Origin: Octopus bimaculoides
Taxonomy: Eukaryota
Reading direction: 5' to 3'
Assembly: GCF_001194135.2 (NCBI RefSeq)
Contig: NC_068982.1
Coordinates: forward strand, 57,964,687 to 58,020,854
Length of the DNA: 56,168 bases
Positions 38,193-51,512 of the stretch are shown piece after piece. Position 1 is the first letter of the stretch; every line of letters begins with the position of its first letter. Position numbers and translations under genes: made by a program. The notes under the pieces were generated by a model. It did not search any database. It was not told the DNA's origin and worked only from the letters and a program-made list of their open reading frames with translations.

Positions 38193-38500
38193 CCATGTGG
38201 CTTGGTGATTAGAGTATTTGGCTCACGGTCGTAAGGTCATGAGTTCAATTCCCACCAGTGCATTGAGTTCTTGAGCAAGACATTCTATTTCACACTGCCC
38301 CAGTCCACTCAGCTAGAAAAAATGAGTAGTACCTGTATTTCAAAGCACCAGCCTTGTCACACTCTGTGTCACACTGAATCTCCCCAAGAACTACGTTAAG
38401 GGCACACATGTCAGTGAAGTGCTCAGCCACTTGCATGCTAACTTCATGAGCATGCTGTTCCGTTGATCGTGTCAACTGGAACATTTATTATCCCAACTGA
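38193..38500 (+). mobile_element. SINE family E (tRNA-like head, TTGAGCAAGAC..CCAGTCCACTCAGCT core); partial repeat at 38595-38700
   Basis: B-box-like GAGTTCAATTCCC; collinear with 50308-50612. Confidence 0.82.
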
Positions 38501-39835
38501 TGAAGCACAATTTTGTTTGGTTGGCTCATGCTTTGAGAGTAAAACTGAGTAGATGGAAATCATGATGAAGCTTGTCTCAAATGGATTGCACCTGTTGTTC
38601 AAAATACCAGCTTTGTGACACAGTGTGTCAAGCTAATTTGACTTATAAACTACATTAAAGGTACATGTCTGTGGAATACTCAACTACTTGAATGTTAATT
38701 TAATTTGTTGAATGCTCATTTGATTAATCAACTGAATACTCAACACTGAAACCAATGAAAGGTCCATTATAATCATGGTCATCATTGTCAATGTTATTTC
38801 ATTTTGATGTCTGTTTTGTTTTCTTATTCTGGTGAGGGTTGGGTAGATCTGCAATGCTACATTATTCCACATGTTTGTCACTTAGACCCAGTTTATTTCT
38901 GATGAGATTTAGAGATGAAGATAATCGATGAAGATAATCGATCCACGAATGTTTCATTATCTTCACAGATTTGACCCTTTTATTTTTTATTTAAGATGAC
39001 TGAGTAGATCTCCTCTTCCTTCTCATCATCATCATCATTATCTGCTGCTGCTGCCTTCCATGGGTTGGACAGTTTGACAGGGAGCTGGCCAAACAGAAGA
39101 CTGCACCAGACATTTGTGTCTGTTTTGGCATGGTTTTTACAGCTGGATGCTCTTCCTAATACTAAAATAGAGAAACTGTAATTTGAATTGTTGATGCATC
39201 CTGTAAGAGGGAAAATAAATATTCATTCACATATTGAGGTTAGCCTGAAAAAAGACTGAGGACTTAACATATTAAGTATATGTGTAAAATGAAAGTCAGT
39301 GAAATGAGACAGAACTGGCTGCTATTTCTAGTAAGTCAAGTAGAAACTCTCCCATTAGCTTATACGTTACTTCGTACATGCAGCTGTGAAATTTAACATG
39401 CTGATATACTTTGTTACATCTTCACAATCCTTCCTCAAGGGACCTCAACACGTGAAAACTTTTCCCTCTCTCAGGATGTATCATCAGTTCATATTTCATA
39501 TCTGTATATCAGTCATATCAACCCACTGAGAGAGGCTCTATGTGGTCATTTGATTTGCGATAACCAGCAGCCAAAACACCATCTTCGTTTTTACACCAAA
39601 TATGGGAGACAACTCAGAGATTCTATATTCATCAAGTAATAAATGTACAGTCCAGTGTATTTATTGAGAGATTTCGCTATTACTGTTTTAGCAAAGAGAA
39701 TATGCTTCACTAAAATAACCAGAATAATATTAGAATATGTCTGGAATTATTCACCATACTCAAAAATGAAAACATAACATGAATTATTGATTATTATATT
39801 TCAATCCTCATCCTATATTAAATGAGTCAGTTTTG

Positions 39836-40040
39836 TAACCCTTTTGAGACTGTTCCTTGATTCTATTATACCCGCTTCCTGTTTTAAAGTGATCTCTATA
39901 AAAATCTTCCATCAAAATTCCATGTTTATTTTTCTTCTCAGTACCACTCTAATAATATGAAAGTTACTTTACTAAATTTTACATTATTTTCAAAATTAAC
40001 AGAAGCAAAGACAGCATATTTCAATAGAAATATGGTAACA
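39836..40040. mobile_element. Decayed piggyBac-like MITE, second family
   Basis: Starts TAACCCTTTTGA. A similar start occurs at about 53495 (TTAATCCTTTTGATACC). The right end is eroded; family assignment is from recalled Octopus repeats. Confidence 0.4.
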
Positions 40041-40165
40041 TGATCTATGCATTAAAGATATTAGCACCAACTTACCATTTGTTTCCCAGGCAGATGGTGT
40101 ATCAAAATTATTTTGGTTAAATTGATGATTAATTACAGCCAAAAAACACTTCTTAACAGTACATA

Positions 40166-40369
40166 TACTCTTTTACTTGTTTCGGTTATTTGACTGCGGC
40201 CATGCTGGAGCACTGCCTTTAGTTGAGCAAATCTACCCCAGGACTTATTCTTTGTAAGCCTAGTACTTATTCTATCAGTCACTTTTGCTGAACTGCTAAG
40301 TTATGGGGATGTAAACACACCAGCATTGGTTGTCAAGCGATGTTGGGGGGACAAACACAGACACACAAG

Positions 40370-40431
<62 letters not shown>

Positions 40432-40603
40432 CATATATATGACGGGCTTCTTTCAATTTTCGTCTACCAAATCCACTCACAAGGCTTTGCTCGGCCGGAG
40501 GCTATAGTAGAAGACACTTGCCCAAGGTGTCACGCAGTGGGACTGAACCCAGAACCATGTGGTTGGTAAGCAAGCTAATTACCACACAGCCACTCCTGCA
40601 CCT
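40166..40603 (-). mobile_element. SINE family A, full-length well-preserved copy starting 27 nt inside the intron after the 40631 donor
   Basis: Very similar to the 1056 and 27191 copies. Confidence 0.9.
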
Positions 40604-40630
40604 GTAAAAAAATGTAGAAAAATTTCTTAC

Positions 40631-40762
40631 CGTTCCCACATCAAATTCTTATTTTGAAGTTTGAAATATGCAAGTTCATTCCAAACTGCATCACTGTCTT
40701 CTTGCTGGAGGTCCTTTGGTCTTGCTCTCTTATCAACACTAAGAAATGCTTTCTCATAATTC
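40631..40762 (-). CDS. CNTLN: Centlein-like coding exon (132 nt, phase 2 to 2): NYEKAFLSVDKRARPKDLQQEDSDAVWNELAYFKLQNKNLMWE(R)
   Basis: Acceptor gttttctcattgtag and donor CG|gtaaga. EDSDAVWNELAYFK matches my recollection of the conserved vertebrate centlein motif (not database-checked). Confidence 0.92.
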
Positions 40763-43744
40763 CTACAATGAGAAAACATCATTTATTTGTATTTGCTTTT
40801 CAATTTCATAAACTATACTTGAGGAACTAGAGTAGCACTCAACTCCATAAACTAAGCATCTATATTTACACACACACACACACAACCGGCCTCTCATTGT
40901 TTCCATTTACCAAATTCATTCACAAGTAATTGTTCAGCCTAGAGCTATGGCAGAAAACACTTACCCAAGGTGCTGCACTCAAAACCATATGATTGCAAAA
41001 AGAACTTCACAGCCTTACCTGTGCTTAATGCTATGTTTACATAAAAATAGTGGACCATGAAAACATTCCTCAAAACGCAACTTGTAAGGACACCATACTT
41101 TCTTATACAACCATAATATACTACAAAGTATATTAAACGTTTTTTATAAGTTAATACTGTGTTCTACTGTGTTAGCAGTGCTATTGCAGCACTTGTTAAG
41201 GTTATCCCTACTAATTTTCTGTAGAAATCATAGCCAGCACTAATTTCATTACAGTGTTTTGTATCCAAGATGCCTAATGTAAACATCAATAAGATTGAAT
41301 GAAGATGAAAAATGGGTAATGAGTATATATGCTATATTTCAGGTCAGTAATATTTACATACCAGCTTCCAAGAATGTGTTTAATATGTAAAATTGGTACA
41401 TTCAATAACATTACAGGCTATATTTAGTGGCTATTTAAGCAATGAGTTTGTGGATGATTAATGAGTTGGATGTGTGCTGATGAAGGAGAAAAACTCCTGA
41501 AATATGGCATATATGCCCATTATCCATTTTTCATCTTTGACCTCATTGTTGTTTTGCTTACATTAGGTATCTCAGATACGAAAAGTAACAAAATTAGTAC
41601 TGGCTATACTTTCTATAGAAAATCTATAGAGATTACCATAACCCATTACCTACCAGTGATCTCATATGAGATCACTTAAAAATTACAAATTTCGCAATTA
41701 TCTGTCAATATTTACACATATCTAACCTTTTTGCTATATCTACTAGGTATATTTCTCTGATATTCAAATGAGGTTTGCTAATTTTTCACCCAATATCTCG
41801 CTTATTTCTATTTAAAATGTTATTTTGATCCTTCCAGCATGTTTCTAAGGCTATTTTATGCTAGGAATCAAAGTTTCATAAAAAAATTCCAGTTAATAGA
41901 ATTATGGGAGGTAATGGGTTGATAACCTGTGTTTTAATCTCAGCTGTGCTTTTGATATCATATTTTCCAGCCAATAAGTTAATTTTCAGGCCAAGATTTA
42001 CACCCCACCATACCAAAAAAAAAGGGTAGGTCAACTTCAGAGAACCAAAAGTTCCATGTGAAATGCACAGGATTTGGAAAGACTGACAGTATTTGAACGT
42101 TTACACATGTTTACATTATATAACACATTAACTTGCATGCCAGAAAACATGGTATCTCTTAATGATAGTTTATGATTTAAGTTTTCCTCATGTTTAAAAA
42201 CTTCACATTGTTTGGAAACAAAATGGCACAGATGGTGAAAGTTATGAATTCATGGCAAAGGTTCTAATATAAAAGATATTAGACATTATAAGCGCTAATT
42301 TGAGAGAGGAAATAGCAACATGACCATTGATAGAACTAGACTATGTGTTGATTGAGGACTGAGCAGCTGTGTAATGAACTAAAGTGATCTCTTGTGTAAT
42401 TGATAATGCAGTTACCCGTCTAGAGACAGATATATAACTCAAGCTTTGTCAGTCGACATGCTGCTCTCTTCTACCTCAGACTGGTGCTTATGATGAAAGT
42501 TAGTTTTACGTTAACTAGAAAAAATAAATTATTTTTCAGTTAGATAATCTAGTTGGTTGTTGAATAAATAAATAAAAATCTAGGAGAATATTTTAAGAGA
42601 TGAAGATCAGAAGATAATGAAGAGATTTTCCATATATATGTAAGTGCCCCCACAGTTTGCAGAATAATCTGAGTAACATGAAGATGTGAATTTTTTTTTA
42701 GTACAGCACAATTTTTTCCAGTTAACCTAAAAGGATGGTCAGTCTTTCTACAGAACTGAGTAAGTCAAGCTGCTGATAATTATCGTTAGCCCTAGCATAG
42801 TTCAGATTAATCAAAGGCATTCCAAATACGAGCATCCCAACCATGTCTTATTGAGGTACAGTGTAATCTTGACTACATTATACAAGGAATCCTTTACTAA
42901 GGTGGTAGCATGTGATACAAGGAAATTTGGCTGCTAATTCTAGTAGGTCAAATGACAATATAAAAGCTCTCTCGTTAGAGATCTCATTAGTGATTAGATG
43001 GTTGTTATAGCTGAAATTTATATTACCAGGTTTATGTAGTGAGATACTAATAAATGAAAAAAAAAAAAACATTTCTTAGAGGGAAGACTTGCTTTTGACA
43101 ATAGCTTTTACTGATTTTCTAGCACATACCTATTGGTTACAATGCTTAGCATTACAATGATTACCCAGTTTTATTACAAGCCATCAACCTTGCAAATATT
43201 TATATGCTCTCTCTGATTATTGCTTGACATTCTAGTGAGCACACAGTTTCTGAAATTAGACACTTTACAGAGTAGTTGCAAATCTTGATGTGTGGATGAA
43301 ATGGATTGTAACAGTTTTGTTGTCGTATATGGAACAATGCTTGTTAAATGAGCTTTTACACTAAATCATTATCAGATGCAACACAGCACATATGTGAAAC
43401 TGCTGTCACCACCCAAAAATATTTGGAAGTGTCAAATATATATGTATTCTCAGATACAGAATATATCCTGCCATAAAGCTCTTGACTACTTTACATTGCT
43501 TCAGTAGTACTGTATCCTTTATTGAACTTATGAAGCATTACATTTGCAGTGCATTCTAAAAGAAACATGTTACTGACAGCTTTGTACCAAGCAACGTCAA
43601 AACTTAATATAGTACAGTGAGATGGTATGAAAGAAGACAAGGTAGCTCTCATCTGAAGTATTATCTTTGAAACGTTTAATGTTTCTGCTTTGGAAAACAT
43701 CCTGAGATAGTTTCTCTATTTTGAAAATCATGCTGAAAATTTCT

Positions 43745-44137
43745 TGGGTGTGGCTGTGTGGTAAGAAGTTCCTTTCTCAGCCATATAGTTGCAGGTTTAG
43801 TCTCACAGCATGGCACTTTGAGCAAGTGTTTACTACTATAGCCTTGGGCCAACCAAGGCCTTGTGAATGGAACTGATAGATGGAAATTGAAAGAATCTCT
43901 TTCAACATCTATTCTCCATATTGGCATGAGTTGGATGGTTTGACAAGAGTCAGCCAGCTGGAGAGCAGCCCAGGCTCCACTTATCTGTTTTGGCATGGTT
44001 TCTATGACTGGATGCCCTTCCTAATGCCAACCAGAGTGTACTGGGTGCTTTTATGTGGTACTGGCACTTTATTTGGCACCAGCAGAGGCGTTTCTACATG
44101 GCACTGGCATGGGTTCTTTTGTACATACATATATTCA

Positions 44138-44200
<63 letters not shown>

Positions 44201-44405
44201 ATCTTTGTGTTTGTCCCTCACTACTGTTTGACAGGTGGTGTTGGTTTGTTCACAGCGTTAGCAATCTAGCATAAGGGACAGATAGAAAACATATCAGGTT
44301 TAAAAACAAGAAAGTACTGGGGTTGATTTGTTTAACTAAAATCCTTCAAGCTGGTTCCCCAGCACAACTGCAGTCCAATGACTGAAGCGAGTAATGAGTA
44401 AGAGG
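43745..44405 (+). mobile_element. SINE family A split by an antisense RTE-tail element (43900-44115)
   Basis: Head and core at 43745-43900, tail at 44140-44405. Confidence 0.78.
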
Positions 44406-44931
44406 ATCAATTTGACAAATATCTTTGACAAAGTCAAAATTATGAGAATAGTTATTAAATAAATACAAATTTAAATGATTCCACAACAAAATTTCTTTTC
44501 AAAACATTTCTTGAAAAACAAAAAAAATTCAATGATTTTCAGCATCAAGAGGATCTGTCAGAATTACCAAATGGTATCAAGATTCATGAATTCTCCTAAG
44601 TTGTATGGCATTTGATAAACCTGTATTTGTCAATGTTACTCAAACACAAGCCACTGGTCACACTGGGTTATTTCTCTTAGCTCGTTTGTTTAAATTATGC
44701 AAACTGCCCAGGCCATAAATGAGTTCTACTCCTTTTTTATATGTGAAAGTCCTTTGGCTATACACATACACACATGCTTACATATGCATGCATATATACT
44801 TAAATATATACACACACATTTAAATATATAAATATATCTATATACGCACACACACACACACATATATATATACATACATATATACAAATATATACATACA
44901 CACACACACACATATATATATACACACACAC

Positions 44932-44974
<43 letters not shown>

Positions 44975-45077
44975 CATACAAATATATACATATATATATA
45001 CAAACACACACACATATATATACATACATACAAACATATGCATGTCTATACACACATATATGTTCATTTATACTTGT

Positions 45078-45174
<97 letters not shown>

Positions 45175-45842
45175 TATTTCTATCCATAAAAACCATAATT
45201 ACCATATCTCCCCCAACCCAATCTACATGATTTGCAAAGAAACCAACACCAACCACAGCAGCCTCCTACACCTACTAAGCCCCAAGTATTTGGAGTGTTT
45301 CAAATTTGGTAGTCCTAATGAGATGGGATATAATGGCAGAAAATGCATCCAGTGCGAGCAGCTAGGGAAACATTTCTGTAGATAAGATAAGCACACCTTT
45401 CCTCATCAACATTAAAACACAACAACAACAACAACGACGACAAAAATGGCAACAGCAGAATGCAAGCACAGAGGAGACAGTTTATGAGGCAAAACCCGAT
45501 CCTCCACTCCCTTTATATATAAACTGCTTTTTGCTACACCAAGGAGAACTGAAGATGGCCAATTGCTTTATAAATAGATAAAAGGATGGAATATCTTGCC
45601 TATTCAAACACACAAACATATGTACATATATATATATATATACAAACACACACACACATGCATATACACTCAGACACAAATGTACACATGCTCACGCAGA
45701 CATATACCCAAACACACATGTTAATGTAAATGCACGAACACACATTCTTTGCTGTGAACAAAGGTACACTATATGTAACTGTCACAATCTTGTATTACTT
45801 TACTAGTGATATCTATTATCGTTTCATACAAACATACCAGTT

Positions 45843-45900
<58 letters not shown>

Positions 45901-46647
45901 GGTCTAATTCCAAGGATCAAAAGCAGATATCTTACATAAATATGTATTTTCTTTCTTCGTGTCTCTATTGCAATTTTGGTGTCAGTATGCTTAATGGTGT
46001 TGCTACTGCTGCTAGTGTTGCTGCTGTTGCTGTTGTTGTTATGAATATTTTATACTTCTATCATCATCATCATCAGTATAGTCGTCCTTGTATTTGCTTA
46101 ATATTAAAGGCATCAAGTGCACATAGCTTTATAAATATTTTGGTAAACAAGGACAGGACAGAGTAGGTAAAATGATAATATCTTTTTAGGTCTTCCATAT
46201 TTAGAGGAGAAAAAAGATGGTAGGGTGTGACTTGTAAGAATCTGACAGCAGTTTCTAGCAAGTTCAATGATCATGTTAAGACTTCATGCTACATATAAAA
46301 ACGGTAGTTTGGTACGAGTTCTTCACTGTAAACAACAATACAACAAAGTTTATTTGTTAGTAGTTCTGAGTTCAATTTGTCTTGTGAGGAAAGCTATCTG
46401 CAAGAATACAGTGCCTTCTCCAGGAGGAGATTTCTCTTGCAACTTAGTACTATAGATGTTGGAATGAAACATCTCTCCTGTAGATTCCTGTGGTCAGAAA
46501 AATATTAGCTGTAGCAAAACTGTATATGTGATCTTTTCTGCATAATCATAGACAGAAAGAATTATCTCAAAGGTGAGGAGAGGATAATGATAACCATCCA
46601 TTCATTTCATATCTCCTCCATCCAGAATTGGCATAGCAGCACTTTAG

Positions 46648-47375
46648 GTCCCTGGGCAAATCAACACACTGGGTCATAGAGTATTTACCTATTGACAGTA
46701 AGCCACAGCATACATAGTTCAGCATTGGGTCCTTAGACTCTTGAGGTGCCTGGGCAAATAATTACACTGACCATTATAGTATTTACTGACAGCAAGCCAC
46801 AGTGTACATAGATTGTGGGCCCCAGGCAAATCTGGGCCCTATAGTATTTATTTATTTATTGACTACAAACCACAACATACAAAGATCAGAATTGGGCTCC
46901 CTAGTCTCATGAGGTGCCTGGGCAAAAAATTACACTGACCATTATAGTAGTGACAGAAAACCACAGTATACAGAGAGTGTGGGCCCCGGGCAAATCAATA
47001 CACTGGGCCCTATAATATTTATTTATTGACAGCAAACCACAGCATAAAAAGATCAGAACTGAGCTCCCTAGACTCATGCGGTGACCGGGCACTGAACATG
47101 ACAGTATTTATTTATTGACAGCAAGTCACAGTATACCTAGACTGAGGACCCCAGGCAAATCAGTACACTGGGTCCTGTAGTATTAATTTATTGACAACAA
47201 GCCACAACACACATAGATCAGAATTGGGCCCCTAGTCTCTTGAGAACCTGGGCAAATAATTGCAGTGAGCATATAGTATTTATTTATTGACAGCAAGCTA
47301 CAGCATACACAGGTCAGAATTGGGCCCTTAGACCCATGGGGCACCTGGGTAACTGTCCAGTGTGCTCCTCCCACT
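46648..47375. repeat. Higher-order minisatellite: 8 monomers alternating about 92 and 75 bp (dimer about 167 bp)
   Basis: TGACAGCAAGCCACAG-like core at 46693, 46787, 46860, 46951, 47027, 47116, 47192 and 47286; spacings 94, 73, 91, 76, 89, 76, 94. Confidence 0.9.
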
Positions 47376-47479
47376 AATCCTTGGTGGGTCATGAGTGTAG
47401 AGTCTTCAGGCATCTCTTTCATAGGGTCCTATTGAAAGTAACTATCATTAATCTTTCCTGGTGGATTCCCAAGTGATAA

Positions 47480-47880
47480 CTGGCATAAATCCTCACCTAT
47501 AACCAGCTTCATCATAACCTGCTTTACAGTGAATTGGCAGAAGGCAAGAACACATAAGGCAGGCAGAAAAATAGCACTTCAAAAATACACTCAAAGCCTC
47601 ATTGAAGTCCTTTCAAATCAACCCTGACACCCAGGAAATGCAAGCACAGGACTGCCCTGCCCAGCGTAGCTGCACCAATAGAGGTACCATCTCCTATGAA
47701 CAGAATAGGATTGCAGTGGCACAAAGAAAATGTGAGTCCAGAGCCAACCCCTTGCCTTCATTCCCAGCAGACCACCAGTGCCTGACCTGTGGCAGAACAT
47801 TCTAAGCATGCATTGGCACCATCATCCATTTTCTCCCATGTCATATTCGGGTCATTGTTGATAGCAATGGACAAACGTTA
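47480..47880 (+). mobile_element. 3' fragment of a BovB-like RTE LINE, a different lineage from the 13-15 kb copy
   Basis: LLYSELAEGK..GRQK, FKNTLKASLKSFQINPDT..QD, YEQNRIAVAQRK and terminal CLTCGRTF*ACIG..H zinc knuckle, followed by a short 3' UTR. Confidence 0.85.
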
Positions 47881-48276
47881 TATATTATTATATTACTCTG
47901 CTTTCATGGAGCTGTCACATGAGAGCAAATAGCCAGATTATTGTTTCCATCCCAATCACTGCCACTTATTAAATGGATATATACCATCACCTTTAGTTCA
48001 TGTGAAGAGAATCATTACCTATATATGTTATCCATTGTTGGCTTCCTGTATAACAAAAGAAGTAAGACTGTGCTGGGCTTCAGTTACACTTTGATAATCT
48101 TGTGCACACAGCTGCAGGTTTTTGACTTGTCAAGAGATAACTACAGCAAAAAAAGACCCTTTGCAAGAACCAAAGTGAGTTGCTATAATTTGCTACTAGA
48201 TGTTGTATGTATGTATGTGTGTGTGTGTGTATGTGCATACATATATATATACACACAGAAGTGAGCTTTATATTAG

Positions 48277-48870
48277 TTAAAATATGTTTGTGACATATTT
48301 CAACTTTTAAAGACAAAATTCACTACAGTTACCATGGCAAAAGAATTCCCTCTCATAGTGAAAAGTGTGAAAACACTATATCTGCCCAATGTTACCTGCT
48401 TGTCAAATTCCCATTGTCAATGGTAAGTATCAAAGAGAGTTAACTCTGGGTAGATTGAAAGTAGTAGCTTTAACTAAGACATGGTCAACAACATTGATTG
48501 AGTTGCACTGCCATGTCAAAAGAATTTCAGCAATATCAGCACCAAGCAGTGTTTAGGCATAAGTAACCTTTATGCTAATTAAAATATGTTTGCAACATAA
48601 TTCAATTTCTAAAGGCAAATTCACTGCAATTAGGGTGGAGGAAAATGGATCAATGGATGACCTGACAGACAAAGACACACACACACATAATTTATCTCTC
48701 ATAGTAAAAGATGTAAAAATACCATATATTTGCCCAGTGGTACAACTTGCCAGATACCCAGATGCAGCGTTTCTAGCTCTTTAGCCATTATCAACAGGAA
48801 ATACTGAAGAGAAGTAATTCTGGACAGGTTTAAACCAGTAAGTTTAACTAAAACACAACTCAGTCAATGT
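48277..48870. repeat. Old diverged tandem duplication, units of about 300-350 bp
   Basis: TTAAAATATGTTTG at 48277/48579, CTCTCATAGT..AAA..TGCCCA at 48350/48696 and TTTAACTAA at 48469/48843. Confidence 0.75.
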
Positions 48871-49368
48871 TGTTGACAGAGCGGGTGGGTTGGTAGGTGG
48901 GTGAGTAGGTAGGTGGGTAGGTAAAGACAGACAGAAGATATTGTTAAACAGATGCCTATATAAATAAATACATCGTGAAATAACAAACTTCTAGACATGC
49001 TTGGTTTTCAAGTGTCATATGTTTGTACATCTACCTATGTCTTTTGTTATACCTGTTCATAATTGTGTTACTGAGTTTTTTATGTTTATATGTGTATTCT
49101 TTTTATATCAACTAGATTTTTACGATTAATACATCCAAGTGTGTACTTATGCCTCTTTCACCAATATGTTCTCTCATTTTTAATATCTATCTATTGTGTT
49201 AAATATTTGTTTATTTATTTTAACAGAAATCACTGTAATTTCCAAAAGCTGTGAATTATCGGTAATTTTATACTTTACTATGTCACCTATGAATATCACT
49301 TCTGTGTACATGCAAAAATAGACAAACTTGTGATTGCTGATTTCTGTCAGCTGTTTGAATATGGGAAC

Positions 49369-49403
<35 letters not shown>

Positions 49404-49499
49404 TGTCATACAAACACATATGAAAGAGTGAATTCACACATCTGGACACCAACTGACTTGTAATACTACACATGCACAAGGAAACTGATGCATATTACA

Positions 49500-49538
<39 letters not shown>

Positions 49539-49552
49539 TGTGTGAGAGAGAG

Positions 49553-49588
<36 letters not shown>

Positions 49589-49924
49589 TATATATATATA
49601 CACACACACACACATGGATAGATAGATAGATAGATAGATAAACAGACAGACAGATACAGATGGATGGATGGATGAATTGACAGACAGAAAAATAAATATA
49701 CAGGCACACACACATGTAGAGAGAGAGAGAAAACAGCAATGACAAGGTTTCCAATGAGGAAAATTATGACATTGCTTTTGAAATATGGGTGTTGAAACTA
49801 ATGTTAACCATGTTATTTTAGCATGCATTCTATGGCTGCATGCCCATTCTGACACCAAAAAGTTTAATTCAATGTTAAATTGGTTTTATATATAACATGA
49901 TATAAAACAAATATTACATATATT

Positions 49925-50300
49925 CCTTCATTTGTTTCAGTCATTTAACTGTGGCCATGCTGGAGCACCACTTTTACTCAAACAAATCAACCTTAGGACT
50001 TATTCTTTGTAAGCCTAGTACTTATTCTATTCTTCTCTTGCCGAACCGCTAAGTTATGGGGATGTAAACACACCAACATCAGTTGTCAAGCAATGGTGGG
50101 GGGACAAACACAGACACACAAACATATACATATATATACGATGGGCTTCTTTCAGTTTCCATCAACCACATCCACTCACAAGGTTTTGGTTGGCCTAAGA
50201 CTATAGTGGAATACACTTGCCCTAGGTGCCACGCAGTGGGACTGAATTCGGAACCATGTGGTTGGTTAGCAAGCTATTTACCACACAGCCACTCCTGTGC
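49925..50300 (-). mobile_element. SINE family A, full length
   Basis: All diagnostic blocks present. Confidence 0.88.
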
Positions 50301-50307
50301 GCATATG

Positions 50308-50612
50308 CAGAAGGCTTGTGGTTTAGTGGTTAGGGTATTTGGCTTACAATCGCGAGGTCATGAGTTCAATTCTCAGCAACACATTGTGTCCTTGAGCAAG
50401 TCATTTATTTTGCACTATGCCAGTCCACTCAGCTGGCAAAAATGAGTACTACCTGTACTTCAAAGCATCAGTCTTGTCACATTCTGTGTCACACTGAATT
50501 TTCTTGGGAACTGCATTAAGGGGACACGTCTGTAGGGTACTCAGCCACGTGCACATTAGTTTGATTGATCGTATGAACTGGAAGACTCATCGTCATAACT
50601 GATGGAGTGCCA
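50308..50612 (+). mobile_element. SINE family E, head-to-head with SINE A
   Basis: Collinear with 38193-38500. Confidence 0.82.
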
Positions 50613-50689
50613 CAGTGTGATTGTATGCATGTGTATGCGCGTATGTATTTGTGTGTACAACATAGAAGCTTTTTTATCAAATCCTTCCA

Positions 50690-50810
50690 CCATAATAATA
50701 CCACCACCAAAACCACCCTAACTCTAACCCTAACCCTAACCACCACCACCACCACCAACAACAACGACGACGACGACGACACCACCACCACCACCACCAC
50801 CAACAACACA
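50690..50810. repeat. Trinucleotide mosaic (AAT, ACC, AAC, GAC) with four CCCTAA-like units
   Basis: ccctaa ctctaa ccctaa ccctaa at about 50716-50739. Confidence 0.85.
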
Positions 50811-51010
50811 TTTTTCCCTCAGTATTTATACATATCTTAGTTTGAGATATGTGTATAAAAGTGTACACTACATGCAAATAAAGGAAAACATAGTCCAGAT
50901 AACGACAGTTTATACATATATATAAAAATATATATCTGTATACACACATATATATACATATATATATAAAAATATACATCTGTATGTATGTGTGCATGTT
51001 TTGTGAGTGT

Positions 51011-51053
<43 letters not shown>

Positions 51054-51081
51054 AATATATACATACATACATGTGTGTGTA

Positions 51082-51117
<36 letters not shown>

Positions 51118-51428
51118 CATGTGTGTGTATGTGCATATATAAATATATATATAGATATGCACATACATACATACATATATGTGTGTGTATGTGTATATAT
51201 ATATNNNNNNNNNNNNNNNNNNNNNNNNNNNNNNNNNNNNNNNNNNNNNNNNNNNNNNNNNNNNNNNNNNNNNNNNNNNNNNNNNNNNNNNNNNNNNNNN
51301 NNNNNNNNNNNNNNNNNNNNNTTTATTCTAATTGATTATGGTGTTTTTTAACACATGAACTTACATATCACATTTATGGAGCTGGCAAGAAAGCAAACAG
51401 CAATACAAAAAACAAAATTAAAAATCAA

Positions 51429-51460
<32 letters not shown>

Positions 51461-51467
51461 ATACAAT

Positions 51468-51512
<45 letters not shown>

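Noticed and set aside
38898-38965. CTGATGAG followed by a TGAAGATAAT/ATTATCTTCA hairpin as a second hammerhead
   Set aside because: No GAAA after the stem and no catalytic-core geometry.
46648-47375. CRISPR-like appearance of the periodic array
   Set aside because: The inter-core segments are homologous to each other, there are no cas genes, and the context is a eukaryotic intron.
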